DNA of 64,000 nucleotides from an uncultured virus (IMG/VR IMGVR_UViG_2599185107_000001) (IMGVR_UViG_2599185107_000001:1-64000); one strand, 5' to 3'; counted from the first letter of the stretch, positions 1-8,547 are shown. Program-made: numbers and translations. Notes: generated by a model not told the origin, from the sequence alone.

Positions 1-390
1 TTATGCGGATTTAGCGGCGCGGATACCTCGTTTTTCGAGGCTCTTATTCACGCGCTCGGTGAGACTGTTTAGGTACTGCTGACCCTTCGGCGTAACGAAC
101 AGCAGGTTCCGCCGCCGATAGGCAGGATCAGGACGCTGCTGGACGAACTCCACGCCAGGCTTGCCCCTCTTGTCATATTCGCTCCAGTCCATGATGTGGC
201 GAGATGCAGAGGAGCTGCTGAGGCCCTTGATGTGCTTTCCCAGGTCTAACTGTTGGAGCCCTGGGTGCTCGTAAGTCGTCGTCAAACAGAGCAACTTGGA
301 AGCCAATAAATCCGCGTCCACATCTTCCCGAAGCCCTTCCAGTGCAACCTGCAGGATATGGACGAGTTCGTCGGTCGTAAGTTTGGTCAT
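1..390 (-). CDS. MarR-type winged-helix regulator
   Basis: Start taken at MTKLTTDEL. HTH region (SSSSASRHI) plus wing motif DPAYRRRNLLFVTPKG. MarR genes precede int and RNAP in integrase-bearing T7-like phages. Confidence 0.75.
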   Translation of the reverse strand: MTKLTTDELVHILQVALEGLREDVDADLLASKLLCLTTTYEHPGLQQLDLGKHIKGLSSSSASRHIMDWSEYDKRGKPGVEFVQQRPDPAYRRRNLLFVTPKGQQYLNSLTERVNKSLEKRGIRAAKSA

Positions 391-445
391 GGGGTGGTTC
401 CAATGGGTTTCAGGAAGTGGGCGCCACCTTCCCCCAAGGTTGGCG

Positions 446-685
446 CTATTTCGGGCTATGTCCCTCGATTGCAATGATACCGGGGCCGCACCCGATGTAC
501 ACCTCGGCGTCCGAGTAGTAGTCAATCCAGAAGCCCTTCTGGTTCGCGCTTGCTGCCAAAAACGAAATTCTGGCGCGGAAAGTAACAACAGAGAGAAGGG
601 CGGAAATCAGTCTCACAGATGCTCGGTCTCTATGGCTCGACAAAGGGTCACGTCCCGCAATGGGGCCAATTCCATCACGACTCAT
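446..685 (-). CDS. Hypothetical early protein
   Basis: 79-aa ORF in the co-oriented early operon. Confidence 0.5.
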   Translation of the reverse strand: MSRDGIGPIAGRDPLSSHRDRASVRLISALLSVVTFRARISFLAASANQKGFWIDYYSDAEVYIGCGPGIIAIEGHSPK

Positions 686-703
686 GATTGCTCGAAAGCA
701 AGT

Positions 704-832
704 TTAGGCGGCGCCCAAAGGCGCGGCGGCGATAGCGGCCCAGAGGGCGACTCCGCCTAGCAGGAAGCCCAGGAACAACCCCTTTACCACCAAGATGCCG
801 ATCTCCTGGACGATGCGGCTGGCGTGTTTCAC
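704..832 (-). CDS. Small membrane protein (42 aa, MKHASRIVQEIGILVVKGLFLGFLLGGVALWAAIAAAPLGAA)
   Basis: Hand translation; GTGA overlap with the upstream stop; hydrophobic. Confidence 0.55.
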   Translation of the reverse strand: MKHASRIVQEIGILVVKGLFLGFLLGGVALWAAIAAAPLGAA

Positions 833-1026
833 GCGGCCTCCGTCGGAATCGGGTGGCGGAGCACTGATAGCTCCCAAGCCTGCCCGTTCTCAGTGAGGGC
901 GTGTAGTTGGACAGGAGCCTCCGGGGCGGCAACGCGAGCTACCGCAAGGGCGTCGGCAATTGCTTCTAGTAGGTCCTGAGAAGTGCGGTATTCAGTGCGC
1001 ACAATGCGGGCAATCTGCGGGGTCAT
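829..1026 (-). CDS. Hypothetical early protein
   Basis: 65-aa ORF with AGGAGG RBS. Confidence 0.65.
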   Translation of the reverse strand: MTPQIARIVRTEYRTSQDLLEAIADALAVARVAAPEAPVQLHALTENGQAWELSVLRHPIPTEAA

Positions 1027-1207
1027 GTGGCCTCCTGATCGTCCGTGTCGTAGTGCTTCCGCATGGCGCTATTAGAGCTTTGGCCCGTCTCACAGATGGA
1101 GACCAAGGGCCGTCCAGATAGGTCGTAGATCAAAGTGAACATTGCTGTCCTTGCATGGTTGAGATGGCAGATGGATGCATGCCGCTAGTTGATTTTTGCT
1201 TCCTTCG

Positions 1208-1235
1208 AAAAAAAACGCCGCAGTAGGCGGCGTTT
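1208..1235 (-). terminator. Intrinsic terminator
   Basis: AAACGCCGC...GCGGCGTTT stem followed by T8 on the minus strand. Confidence 0.7.
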
Positions 1236-1548
1236 GGCTGACTTGGCGTGCTTTGAGCGTCTCTCGCTAAAGGCGGGGTAGGCCGTCCGTCGAGACGTAG
1301 GCGTGTTCTCAAATGCTGCTGGAGTAGTTTGTTGGATTCGCTGGCTTCAAGTGTCTCGAGCGCCGTTAAGGCTGAGGGTTCGAGGCTGTTGTGCGAGGCC
1401 CTTGCGTCGCATGGAGCAGCAGGTGCTGTTCGTTTTAACTAGCGTTTGCTAGTAGTTGACGAATCCGTCAGTTTCATTTCTAAATGAAATATGAATGTAG
1501 AAAAATCGAACACTTATATTTCTTCAGTTTTGAGCATAGGCTTGAGCC

Positions 1549-2052
1549 ATGGATGCAATCGCACAAGCTCGAAATGAAATTGCGGTGCTGGATCAAAAGA
1601 TCTCAGAGCTGCAAGCACGTCGCGCGGCGTTTGTTCAATTCGTAGACATGGGAACGGCCTTGTTCGGTAAGGCGGTAGATCAGTCTCACCTACCAATACC
1701 CGTAAAACTGCCACCCCTGCCAGCGGCCAAGCTTCCGCCCTTACCGCCTAAAAAGTCGTTGAAAGATCAAGTAATTGAGGCGTGTTTCGATGAGCTGAAA
1801 GATGGTTTCGCTCAGAAGCCCGCAGCACTTGTTCGATCGCTGGAGGCACGGGGCATATTTATTGGCGGCGAAAACAAGGCAATGGCCCTATCTTCGATGC
1901 TATCGAAAGACGGGCGATTCATCCCTAATAGAAAATTTGGGTGGAGTTTGAGACTAATAAAGAGCGGTCCCGCACCAGCTGGCACTGGAACGGGACCTGG
2001 TTCAACTCAGGGTGAGACCCCTGACGCAGACAGCAGCGACGATGAGCTGTAA
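1549..2052 (+). CDS. Coiled-coil plus C-terminal winged-helix-like protein (moron or regulator)
   Basis: 167-aa ORF opposite to the phage genes; N-terminal heptads, Pro-rich linker, wHTH-like end (LSSMLSKDGRF...GWSL). Confidence 0.65.
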   Translation: MDAIAQARNEIAVLDQKISELQARRAAFVQFVDMGTALFGKAVDQSHLPIPVKLPPLPAAKLPPLPPKKSLKDQVIEACFDELKDGFAQKPAALVRSLEARGIFIGGENKAMALSSMLSKDGRFIPNRKFGWSLRLIKSGPAPAGTGTGPGSTQGETPDADSSDDEL

Positions 2053-2203
2053 GGAGGATGCGTATATGGAACCGATCCACCATATGACCACAACATGAGG
2101 TAGCCCATAGGCCCTGGCGTTCGCGTCGGGGCCTATTCTTTGGCGCAACGGACGCGACGTCAAGTTCTGTGTCTCTCTTGTAAATTGCCAATCAGCTTGG
2201 CGC

Positions 2204-2470
2204 TCAGCTCATCAGCGCCTCCACCAGCAACTTTGCGTGCGCTTCGACTGCGCAGTCGGCAATCCAGCCGTCGATGTAGTGGCCCGCGTTGTCGTAGTAG
2301 TCCACCCAGCGGACCTCCCAGTGGTCGGGGGTCTAGTCGGCCCCCGGCGGCTCGGTGTGCTCGGGTTCGCCGGAAGTGCCACCGCGGGTGATGCGTGGTC
2401 CGTAGGCGAAGACACGGCCGTCTGAGGTGTGCACTGTCTTGTCAACGCGCGGGGCGTAGAAGCTGTTCAT
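2204..2470 (-). pseudogene. Early gene with in-frame TAG at 2333-2335
   Basis: MNSFYAPRV...PPGPD*TPDHWEVRWVDYYDNAG...ALMS; GAGG RBS; the frame continues 42 codons after the stop. Confidence 0.6.
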
Positions 2471-2569
2471 GCGACCTCGCAGGCGAGCGAGTGGGTGAGA
2501 CTGCGGGGGAGGGTGCGCATAGGCGTGACTCCGGTGATTAAAGGGCCGCGGTTGCGGCTTGCTTTGGAC

Positions 2570-2598
2570 AAAGAAAAGGGCCGCTTTCGCGGCCCCTC
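2570..2598 (-). terminator. Intrinsic terminator
   Basis: GGGCCGC-GAAA-GCGGCCC followed by TTTTCTTT. Confidence 0.7.
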
Positions 2599-2627
2599 GT
2601 GTGCTCTTGGAATTCGTTTAGTGAAGC

Positions 2628-2948
2628 CTAGAAGTCCAGATCGCCGTTTTTGGCGTTCCAGTCGGCTATGGAATTACGTATTGAGGCAGGCAGTGCATCG
2701 CGGTGTTCAAAGCCTCCCTTGCTGCCCCTTCCCCAGGGCTTGCTGCTCCTTGCCGCGATCCAGCGGAGAACATGACGCTTTGCTTGGTCCACGCTTGCTG
2801 CTTTGGCGCGGATGTGGGTTCCGTTCCAGCGGATGAGGATGGCTGCGTCGCACTTGCGGATGTACACCGGAATGCCTCCAGGCGGCATCCAGAGTCCCCA
2901 TGTGTGTGGCGTTTCGAGCCACTTGTAGCCGTTCGGAAGCATCGGCAC
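2628..2948 (-). CDS. Hypothetical protein
   Basis: 106-aa ORF followed by a terminator. Confidence 0.6.
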   Translation of the reverse strand: MPMLPNGYKWLETPHTWGLWMPPGGIPVYIRKCDAAILIRWNGTHIRAKAASVDQAKRHVLRWIAARSSKPWGRGSKGGFEHRDALPASIRNSIADWNAKNGDLDF

Positions 2949-3118
2949 ACGGTGCGTCAGACCGGTCTCTAGTGCTGCGACACATGTGGGAGCTGTAACG
3001 GAAGCGAGACAAAAGTGTTATGGATCAATAGGTTGCGTCGTTTTTTGTCTTGCGCGCACCAAGATTTGCCGGTAAGGTCCACATGACGCTTCCGTCGCAT
3101 ACCTCTTGAGACTCAACT

Positions 3119-3268
3119 ATGCAGCTACCTAACGACCCCAACCTCCTGGCTGTCATTGCTGCCTGCTTACAGCTGGCGACTGCAGTAATTCACCTCATCG
3201 CGAGAAACGAAAACATCCCACCGAGAGGCAGCCGCCGCAGAGGTGTCCGAAAGAGGCGGCGGACCTGA
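3119..3268 (+). CDS. Small hydrophobic peptide with basic tail (49 aa)
   Basis: MQLPNDPNLLAVIAACLQLATAVIHLIARNENIPPRGSRRRGVRKRRRT; upstream TTGCGC-17-TAAGGT (3050-3078). Confidence 0.45.
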   Translation: MQLPNDPNLLAVIAACLQLATAVIHLIARNENIPPRGSRRRGVRKRRRT

Positions 3269-3270
3269 GG

Positions 3271-3816
3271 CTAAGCAGTTTTCCGTAGCGCTACGACACG
3301 CGACGGAAGCTCGATAATCGGCTCCCAGTTCACCAGTGCGCCGATGCTCAACGCGAGGTCGCAGGCCATCGTGTCAGCGTGTGACCCGTCATCCGCGACG
3401 CCCCACAGTGAATCGCTGTAGGCGGTCTTGTTGCCATCCGCATCTAGCAGCGTGACGATTACGCCGATGTAGCTCCACTCGTCCCAGCACCATGCCCGGA
3501 GGTGTTCGTAATCCTCACGGGCGGCTAGGGCGGCAATCTGGCGCTTGCTCATGCCCGGTTCGGCGCAGCGCGCTCCCCAGCCGTCACGCAAAGCGATCTT
3601 GCAGGCTTCCGCGAAGTCGTAGAAGCGGACCTCCATCGGGCTGTGTCGATTCAACACCAGCTCACCGGGGCGCTTGGTGCGCTTGTGTCGCCACCCGGAG
3701 ACAGGCCCATGTCCGTCCTCGCGGTCCCAGGGCGTGCCGGCGTCGTGGTCGTGTTCCTTCTCAACGGCGAAGGTCAGGCCGTGCAGCTCGATGGTTTCCA
3801 TGGGTGTGTGCTCCAA
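3271..3816 (-). CDS. Phage early hypothetical protein
   Basis: Long acidic ORF in the early operon; start may be 3801. Confidence 0.75.
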   Translation of the reverse strand: MEHTPMETIELHGLTFAVEKEHDHDAGTPWDREDGHGPVSGWRHKRTKRPGELVLNRHSPMEVRFYDFAEACKIALRDGWGARCAEPGMSKRQIAALAAREDYEHLRAWCWDEWSYIGVIVTLLDADGNKTAYSDSLWGVADDGSHADTMACDLALSIGALVNWEPIIELPSRVVALRKTA

Positions 3817-3848
3817 TATCCCCGGTAGGCACTGGCGCTGGGGAATAG

Positions 3849-4379
3849 ATGTCTGATTTGTTGGAATTAATGAAAGCCAGCCTTGGGCCGGCCGTTGCGC
3901 TGATGGGCGTGGCCGTTGCAGCGGCGCAGTGGCATACGAACGATGTCAAGCTAAGGCTTGATTCCTACGACCGGCGGCTGAGGGTGTATAAGGCGACGGT
4001 TGCGATGCTTGACAGCGCAGTAGCTGAAATACGTCGACGGCGTGTACCTAGCTGGCGCAAGTCAAACAAAAAACCAACCCTTCCTTATGAGGAACTGCCC
4101 GAAGAGGTGGTAAAAACATTCCAGGACTGCTTGCTTGAGGCTTCTTTTCTTTTTGATCGAGAAGTGACGCACACAATGCACTACATCGATAGAGAGGTGC
4201 GTCTTGTCCGCATGTACGCGATTAATTTGGCAAAGAAGGAGCCGAGCGAATTACTCGAAAAGTCCGGGCAAACCAGTCTGCGTGAGTTGCGGGAGGCGGA
4301 GGCGCGGATTGAGAAGCTGGACAAGAATATAGAGAAGCCTTTTCGGCGCTATCTCAAGCTTCAGCGGTTCCAGAAGTAA
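3849..4379 (+). CDS. Moron: N-terminal TM helix plus helical domain
   Basis: 176 aa, opposite strand, visibly more AT-rich. Confidence 0.7.
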   Translation: MSDLLELMKASLGPAVALMGVAVAAAQWHTNDVKLRLDSYDRRLRVYKATVAMLDSAVAEIRRRRVPSWRKSNKKPTLPYEELPEEVVKTFQDCLLEASFLFDREVTHTMHYIDREVRLVRMYAINLAKKEPSELLEKSGQTSLRELREAEARIEKLDKNIEKPFRRYLKLQRFQK

Positions 4380-4987
4380 TGGCCGTTGGCTTCATAAGCT
4401 TCCCCGCCCAAATGCATATCGCGCCCGTAACTAGCAAAGTCAAAGTAGCGGGCCACGCTTTCGGGCACATCTTGTAGCAGTCCCCCATCCTCGACGACGT
4501 GTTCCGCAACCTCGGCCCAGCTGTTGAATTCGCCAATGTAGCGCTCGCGGAAAGTGTCGATATCCTCGCCGTCCTCGACCTCGCAGAAAGCATCGAATGC
4601 TTCGCGCTCGTCGTCGCTGAGGTCCTCTAGCTCCTGCAATCGTTCCATCAAAGCGGACAGGTCGGGGTGTTCAGTGTCCCGGAAGCCTGCCGGAAGGTCC
4701 TCGCTGTCGTGGACAGCCCATTCCTCGGCGCTGGGCACCTTGCCGGTTCCTTTGCACAGTGCGCACAGTGGCGGGATGCCCGCGGGACGATCAGGGTCGG
4801 CGTCGCCGCTGCCCCCGCACTCCGGGCACTCCGCGGTCACGTTCGGGTGTGGCGACTCGCGCAGCATCTCGGCAATCTCCGCCTGCACGTCGTCGGCGTC
4901 CATCCCGTCCAGGTCGATCCAGCGCCCGTGCAGGACGCCGTTGTTGTAGGAGGCCAGGCAGGCCACGTAGATGCGCGGGGCGGTCAT
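4361..4987 (-). CDS. ardA: ArdA antirestriction protein with inserted Zn-finger
   Basis: RIYVACLASYNNGVLHGRWID, EEWAVHD, YFDFASYGRD; very acidic. Confidence 0.92.
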   Translation of the reverse strand: MTAPRIYVACLASYNNGVLHGRWIDLDGMDADDVQAEIAEMLRESPHPNVTAECPECGGSGDADPDRPAGIPPLCALCKGTGKVPSAEEWAVHDSEDLPAGFRDTEHPDLSALMERLQELEDLSDDEREAFDAFCEVEDGEDIDTFRERYIGEFNSWAEVAEHVVEDGGLLQDVPESVARYFDFASYGRDMHLGGEAYEANGHYFWNR

Positions 4988-5157
4988 GCCTTGTCCCCTG
5001 ACTTGCGGACGTTAGCCATCAGCGGGCGGCGGTTCTCCGCCTTCGCTGCGTCCCACTCAGCGAACATCACCGAAGACCACGCGCTCATCGGCGAGCCAAA
5101 GTCAACGCAGGCGTCCCAGCGGCATGCGTGGGACATCCAGAATCCATAAGAGGCCAT
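4984..5157 (-). CDS. Hypothetical early protein (57 aa)
   Basis: Hand translation MASYGFWMSH...; GGAG RBS; ATGA overlap with ardA. Confidence 0.55.
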   Translation of the reverse strand: MASYGFWMSHACRWDACVDFGSPMSAWSSVMFAEWDAAKAENRRPLMANVRKSGDKA

Positions 5158-5172
5158 GAGGTTTCTCCGGGC

Positions 5173-5199
5173 AACAAAAAAGCCGCCCGAAGGCGGCTT
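5173..5199 (-). terminator. Intrinsic terminator
   Basis: AAGCCGCC-TTCG-GGCGGCTT followed by a T-run. Confidence 0.8.
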
Positions 5200-5344
5200 G
5201 TGGGAATTTTCGGACAGCGCGTCGCGTCGTCCTGTGATGTGCGGGTGCTTACCCGATTGCTAGGATTTACTCACCAGCCACCGGGCCGTAGGCAGCCCAT
5301 CCGGTGTAGCGCTAGGGCAGCGCTCCTGCTGGTGCTTCGGGTAG

Positions 5345-5506
5345 TCAGCCGAACAACTTGATAACCGCCGCGACCGCTGCGAACAGCGCCGTGGTGACCA
5401 CCATCGGATACCAACGGGTCTCAAGCATCAGCTTGTCCGACTCCCGGTTGAGTTTGCGAATCTCGGCGCGCAGCTTGGTCAGTTTCAATGCGTCCTCCTC
5501 GATCAT
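5345..5506 (-). CDS. Small coiled-coil protein with C-terminal TM
   Basis: MIEEDALKL...WYPMVVTTALFAAVAAVIKLFG; ATGA-coupled to the upstream gene. Confidence 0.65.
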   Translation of the reverse strand: MIEEDALKLTKLRAEIRKLNRESDKLMLETRWYPMVVTTALFAAVAAVIKLFG

Positions 5507-5739
5507 GCGGGTGCTCCAGAGTGTACGTCCTCGATGCAGAAGTTCCACCCCTCGACTCGCAGCCACTCCTGCTCATCAGTACACCACGCTTGAAAGCGTC
5601 CGTCTAAGTCGGCGTCAGGGCGGACCAGCAGGTGCAGGTCGAGCGTGGTGGTCCTGGCAAATACTTCGCGGGTGAATCCGGCCATGGCTGCGGCGTTGTC
5701 GCAATCCAGAGCCTCAGTGATTCCGTCGTGCTCAGCCAT
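5503..5739 (-). CDS. Hypothetical early protein
   Basis: 78-aa ORF overlapping its neighbours. Confidence 0.65.
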   Translation of the reverse strand: MAEHDGITEALDCDNAAAMAGFTREVFARTTTLDLHLLVRPDADLDGRFQAWCTDEQEWLRVEGWNFCIEDVHSGAPA

Positions 5740-5929
5740 GAGTGCTTCCTTCGTGTTCGATCCGGGCCGCCACCAGTGCGCCTAGAGTTGGATAGATGCC
5801 AACCGCAAGGCCGTGGTGCCGCAGCACCCAGCGGCCAACGACGCGCAGGCAGGTGTACTGCGCTCTTCTCGCCGGCCTCCCCATGCCGGCTTGAACTCTT
5901 CTTTGGTGCGCTTCCTTATGCCTAGTCAT
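5732..5929 (-). CDS. Hypothetical early protein
   Basis: 65-aa ORF with AAGGAG RBS. Confidence 0.55.
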   Translation of the reverse strand: MTRHKEAHQRRVQAGMGRPARRAQYTCLRVVGRWVLRHHGLAVGIYPTLGALVAARIEHEGSTHG

Positions 5930-5930
5930 T

Positions 5931-6083
5931 TCACGCTCCTTCGTGGGATGTGTGCCAGATGTGGGATGCAGTGGACAGAGCTTCGGTACGGCCTATGCTC
6001 GTCCGGTAGCACGCCAGTTCCCACCTCACGGTGTCCATCAGGCGGTCGTCGGGTGCAACGTAGGGGATCGCATCGTGTTCCAT
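5931..6083 (-). CDS. First early gene, hypothetical (50 aa)
   Basis: MEHDAIPY... with GGAG RBS. Confidence 0.5.
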   Translation of the reverse strand: MEHDAIPYVAPDDRLMDTVRWELACYRTSIGRTEALSTASHIWHTSHEGA

Positions 6084-6398
6084 AGGGTTCTCCATTGAAT
6101 CAAGCCACTCAAACACCCCCGTGTGACCGAGGCGCTTGAGTGGCCCGACTCTCCTGCGGTGTGCAGGATTGTCAGGCCGTGCCGGTTTCGGGCCAGTGCC
6201 GCTCCGCTGTCGTTGAGGGGTCGTCATGTGGGTGGGTGAAGGCAGAGCCATTCCCGTCCCGGACTTCCCGCAACGACGCTTCATCGCGCCTTAGCTGGTC
6301 CAGCCGCACCGTGTTATTTACGACCCCGTGCAAGGGTCGGAATGCGGCGGGAGAGCTTCCCGCCTTGTCAGCTGGCTGCCTCAGCAACCGTGGGACAT

Positions 6399-6428
6399 AT
6401 CCTAAATCTGGAATCGTCCCGTTGTCAA
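6399..6428 (-). promoter_or_regulatory. Sigma70 early promoter, proximal (TTGACA-18-TAGGAT)
   Basis: -35 at 6428-6423 and -10 at 6404-6399, facing the early operon. Confidence 0.75.
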
Positions 6429-6675
6429 GTCATTTCCCAATGTTGGGATGGTTCGGCCGCGATATCTGAGAGCACCCCGGAACCGTGCGGCCTCTAGCCG
6501 CCTTGGCCTCTTTCGGTTCCCCTGCGGTTGCCTCTCGGCGTAGTCGCAGGCCCTTGAAGGCCGCCCCAGTAGCGCATCGCACGGGCTGGGGCCGGTTGAA
6601 TCCGATTGCTTCTCCTAGCGCCGCGCTGGGCGGCTCAGGGATCGCTTCGGCCGGTGTGGCTGGCCGATGGGATAT

Positions 6676-6704
6676 AAGCTAGATCAATTTCATATCTGGG
6701 TCAA
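6676..6704 (-). promoter_or_regulatory. Sigma70 early promoter, distal (TTGACC-17-TAGCTT)
   Basis: -35 at 6704-6699 and -10 at 6681-6676. Confidence 0.7.
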
Positions 6705-7184
6705 GTCCCAAATAAGGGATGTTGGGAAAATTGTGCGGATGCTCTCAAAACGGTAGGGCGCTAGCCGTGGTCTGTCAGTGCTATATGAGTAAGGCGACTA
6801 TTGCGCCGGCTGCTGGGCTGTGCGGCAGGAATAATCACGGGGCAGGGTAGGGCCGTGAGCGATCGGAAGGTGCCGGCCTATTGTCGGAAGCAAAACGACA
6901 GATAGGGACAGAGAGACGCGAACACATGCGGACAGCTTGAGCGCGCCAGCTGTGCGCTATTGGTGCGCGTTGGGGTAGCGCTTGGATAGGGAATCCATCG
7001 GGTTACCCTGCAATTCAATGGCTTAGCCCCAAAGGTGCCGCGGCAGGTGACGTAAGTTGCTGCAGGAGCTTGGAAAAGAGTAGTAGCGGCACACCGCGAC
7101 CCCCCGGAGGGGGGGGCGCGCGACGGTTGGGAGTCAGATACCCTCGCGGAAATTTGCGACTAACATTTCGACAAGGAGACGCTC

Positions 7185-7424
7185 ATGAAAGATGAAACAG
7201 CTGCTCAGATTGGAGGCAACATCGGTGCACTCACGGCCGCGATTGCGATCCTTGCTTCGAAGCTCTCAGAGGCGGATCAAAAGGACCTAGTAGACGGCCT
7301 CAAGGATGCTGTTGATCGCCTCGATGCGCATCCGGAGTTCGGTTCCGAACAGGGCAGTGTCTATGTTTCAGCTTTTACTAGCAGAGCTAAGTCGATCAGC
7401 AGGGCGCTAGCGGGCCTAAAGTAG
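7185..7424 (+). CDS. Hypothetical protein (moron)
   Basis: 79 aa with AAGGAG RBS. Confidence 0.7.
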   Translation: MKDETAAQIGGNIGALTAAIAILASKLSEADQKDLVDGLKDAVDRLDAHPEFGSEQGSVYVSAFTSRAKSISRALAGLK

Positions 7425-7487
7425 CCGCTGAATGCCGCCTCTCAGGCACTGACAGGCCACTTGGTCCATGAGTTGCTATCAGCCTAC

Positions 7488-7751
7488 CTAGGCGCCGTCG
7501 GGCGGTCCTTGAGGCGCGCTAGAAGTGTCCTTTGGGGTGCATTCGACCCAGCCTGTCACGGCATCCTTCAGCCCATCAGCACCTGGATGCGCCTTGGTGG
7601 CACCTTGGCAGATGAAGTCGTCACTCGCGACGATGATCTGGTCCTTGTCGACCGTCACCAGCAGACCCTTTGGAGCCTCCTGAGGAGGGTGTTTGGTGCA
7701 GCCGGTAGCTGCGATGATGACCAGGAAGGCGACGAAATGCTTGAGAGACAC
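7488..7751 (-). CDS. Putative lipoprotein
   Basis: Signal peptide with lipobox-like AATGC. Confidence 0.6.
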   Translation of the reverse strand: MSLKHFVAFLVIIAATGCTKHPPQEAPKGLLVTVDKDQIIVASDDFICQGATKAHPGADGLKDAVTGWVECTPKDTSSAPQGPPDGA

Positions 7752-8055
7752 AGGCGGGCACCGTAAGAGAACTTGAAGTGTTACTAAGGGTAGCCCCTGC
7801 CGTTAAAAGTAAAAACTCTTCGATAGGAGCCGGAAAGGACCTCTAGGCCAGCCTTACATGTCGGGGGCGGTACGCATCCCACATATCTTTGGAAGGTTAT
7901 ATGTGGTGCGTCGGCTAGTCGCCCGCTACGGCCACCTCACCTGTAATGGATGAGGTTGTGACCTCAGCCTCAAATAAACACGATCCGACTCTCTAGAGTG
8001 CTGATAGCATGCTTCGGCAGGCACGAAGCCTGCTCTTTCGACAATGGAGTGAAGT

Positions 8056-8523
8056 ATGAAGGCGATGCAAAAGACCGTCTTAGGCCTTGCACTGGTGCTT
8101 GGGACGTTGGGAAGTGGGAGTCTGTTCGCGAAGGAAATCAGTAACCCCAGTGGCGTCAATTCTGTCGTAACCACAACACGTGTTTATGATGGTAGTGGCG
8201 ATTTGGATCGCATTGCTGCGTCTATCAAAAAGGTCTCTCCTGGCTACGCGCCGATGATGCCTCTTCGCAAGGTAACCGCCACTCGGACCGTCAAGTCGTC
8301 CGGCCTGGTCACCACGCAAGCCTTGGGTGATCCGCCTGTCGACCTTCCGTCAAGCGGTATCCCCGGAGAGAAGCGGTCGTATCGGAACGAATATCCGTCA
8401 GGCTCCTTTGAGAGCTGGACATACGAATGGGTTTCCGGCTCTAACATCGCTGGTTGGGTTTTGCGTGACTATCAGTTCCATAGCAACGGAAAGGATGAGT
8501 TTCCCCCGACACACCCGTTCTGA
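8056..8523 (+). CDS. Secreted protein (moron)
   Basis: Sec-type signal peptide ending LFA; GGAG RBS. Confidence 0.7.
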   Translation: MKAMQKTVLGLALVLGTLGSGSLFAKEISNPSGVNSVVTTTRVYDGSGDLDRIAASIKKVSPGYAPMMPLRKVTATRTVKSSGLVTTQALGDPPVDLPSSGIPGEKRSYRNEYPSGSFESWTYEWVSGSNIAGWVLRDYQFHSNGKDEFPPTHPF

Positions 8524-8547
8524 ATTCCTATACGCTCAACTCGACTC

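Larger units (their letters stand above)
6381..6720. promoter_or_regulatory. Operator-like palindrome cluster ATCCCA-N4-TGGGAT
   Basis: Good copies at 6399, 6434 and 6705; degenerate copies at 6381, 6416 and 6687; they overlap both promoters. Confidence 0.75.
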
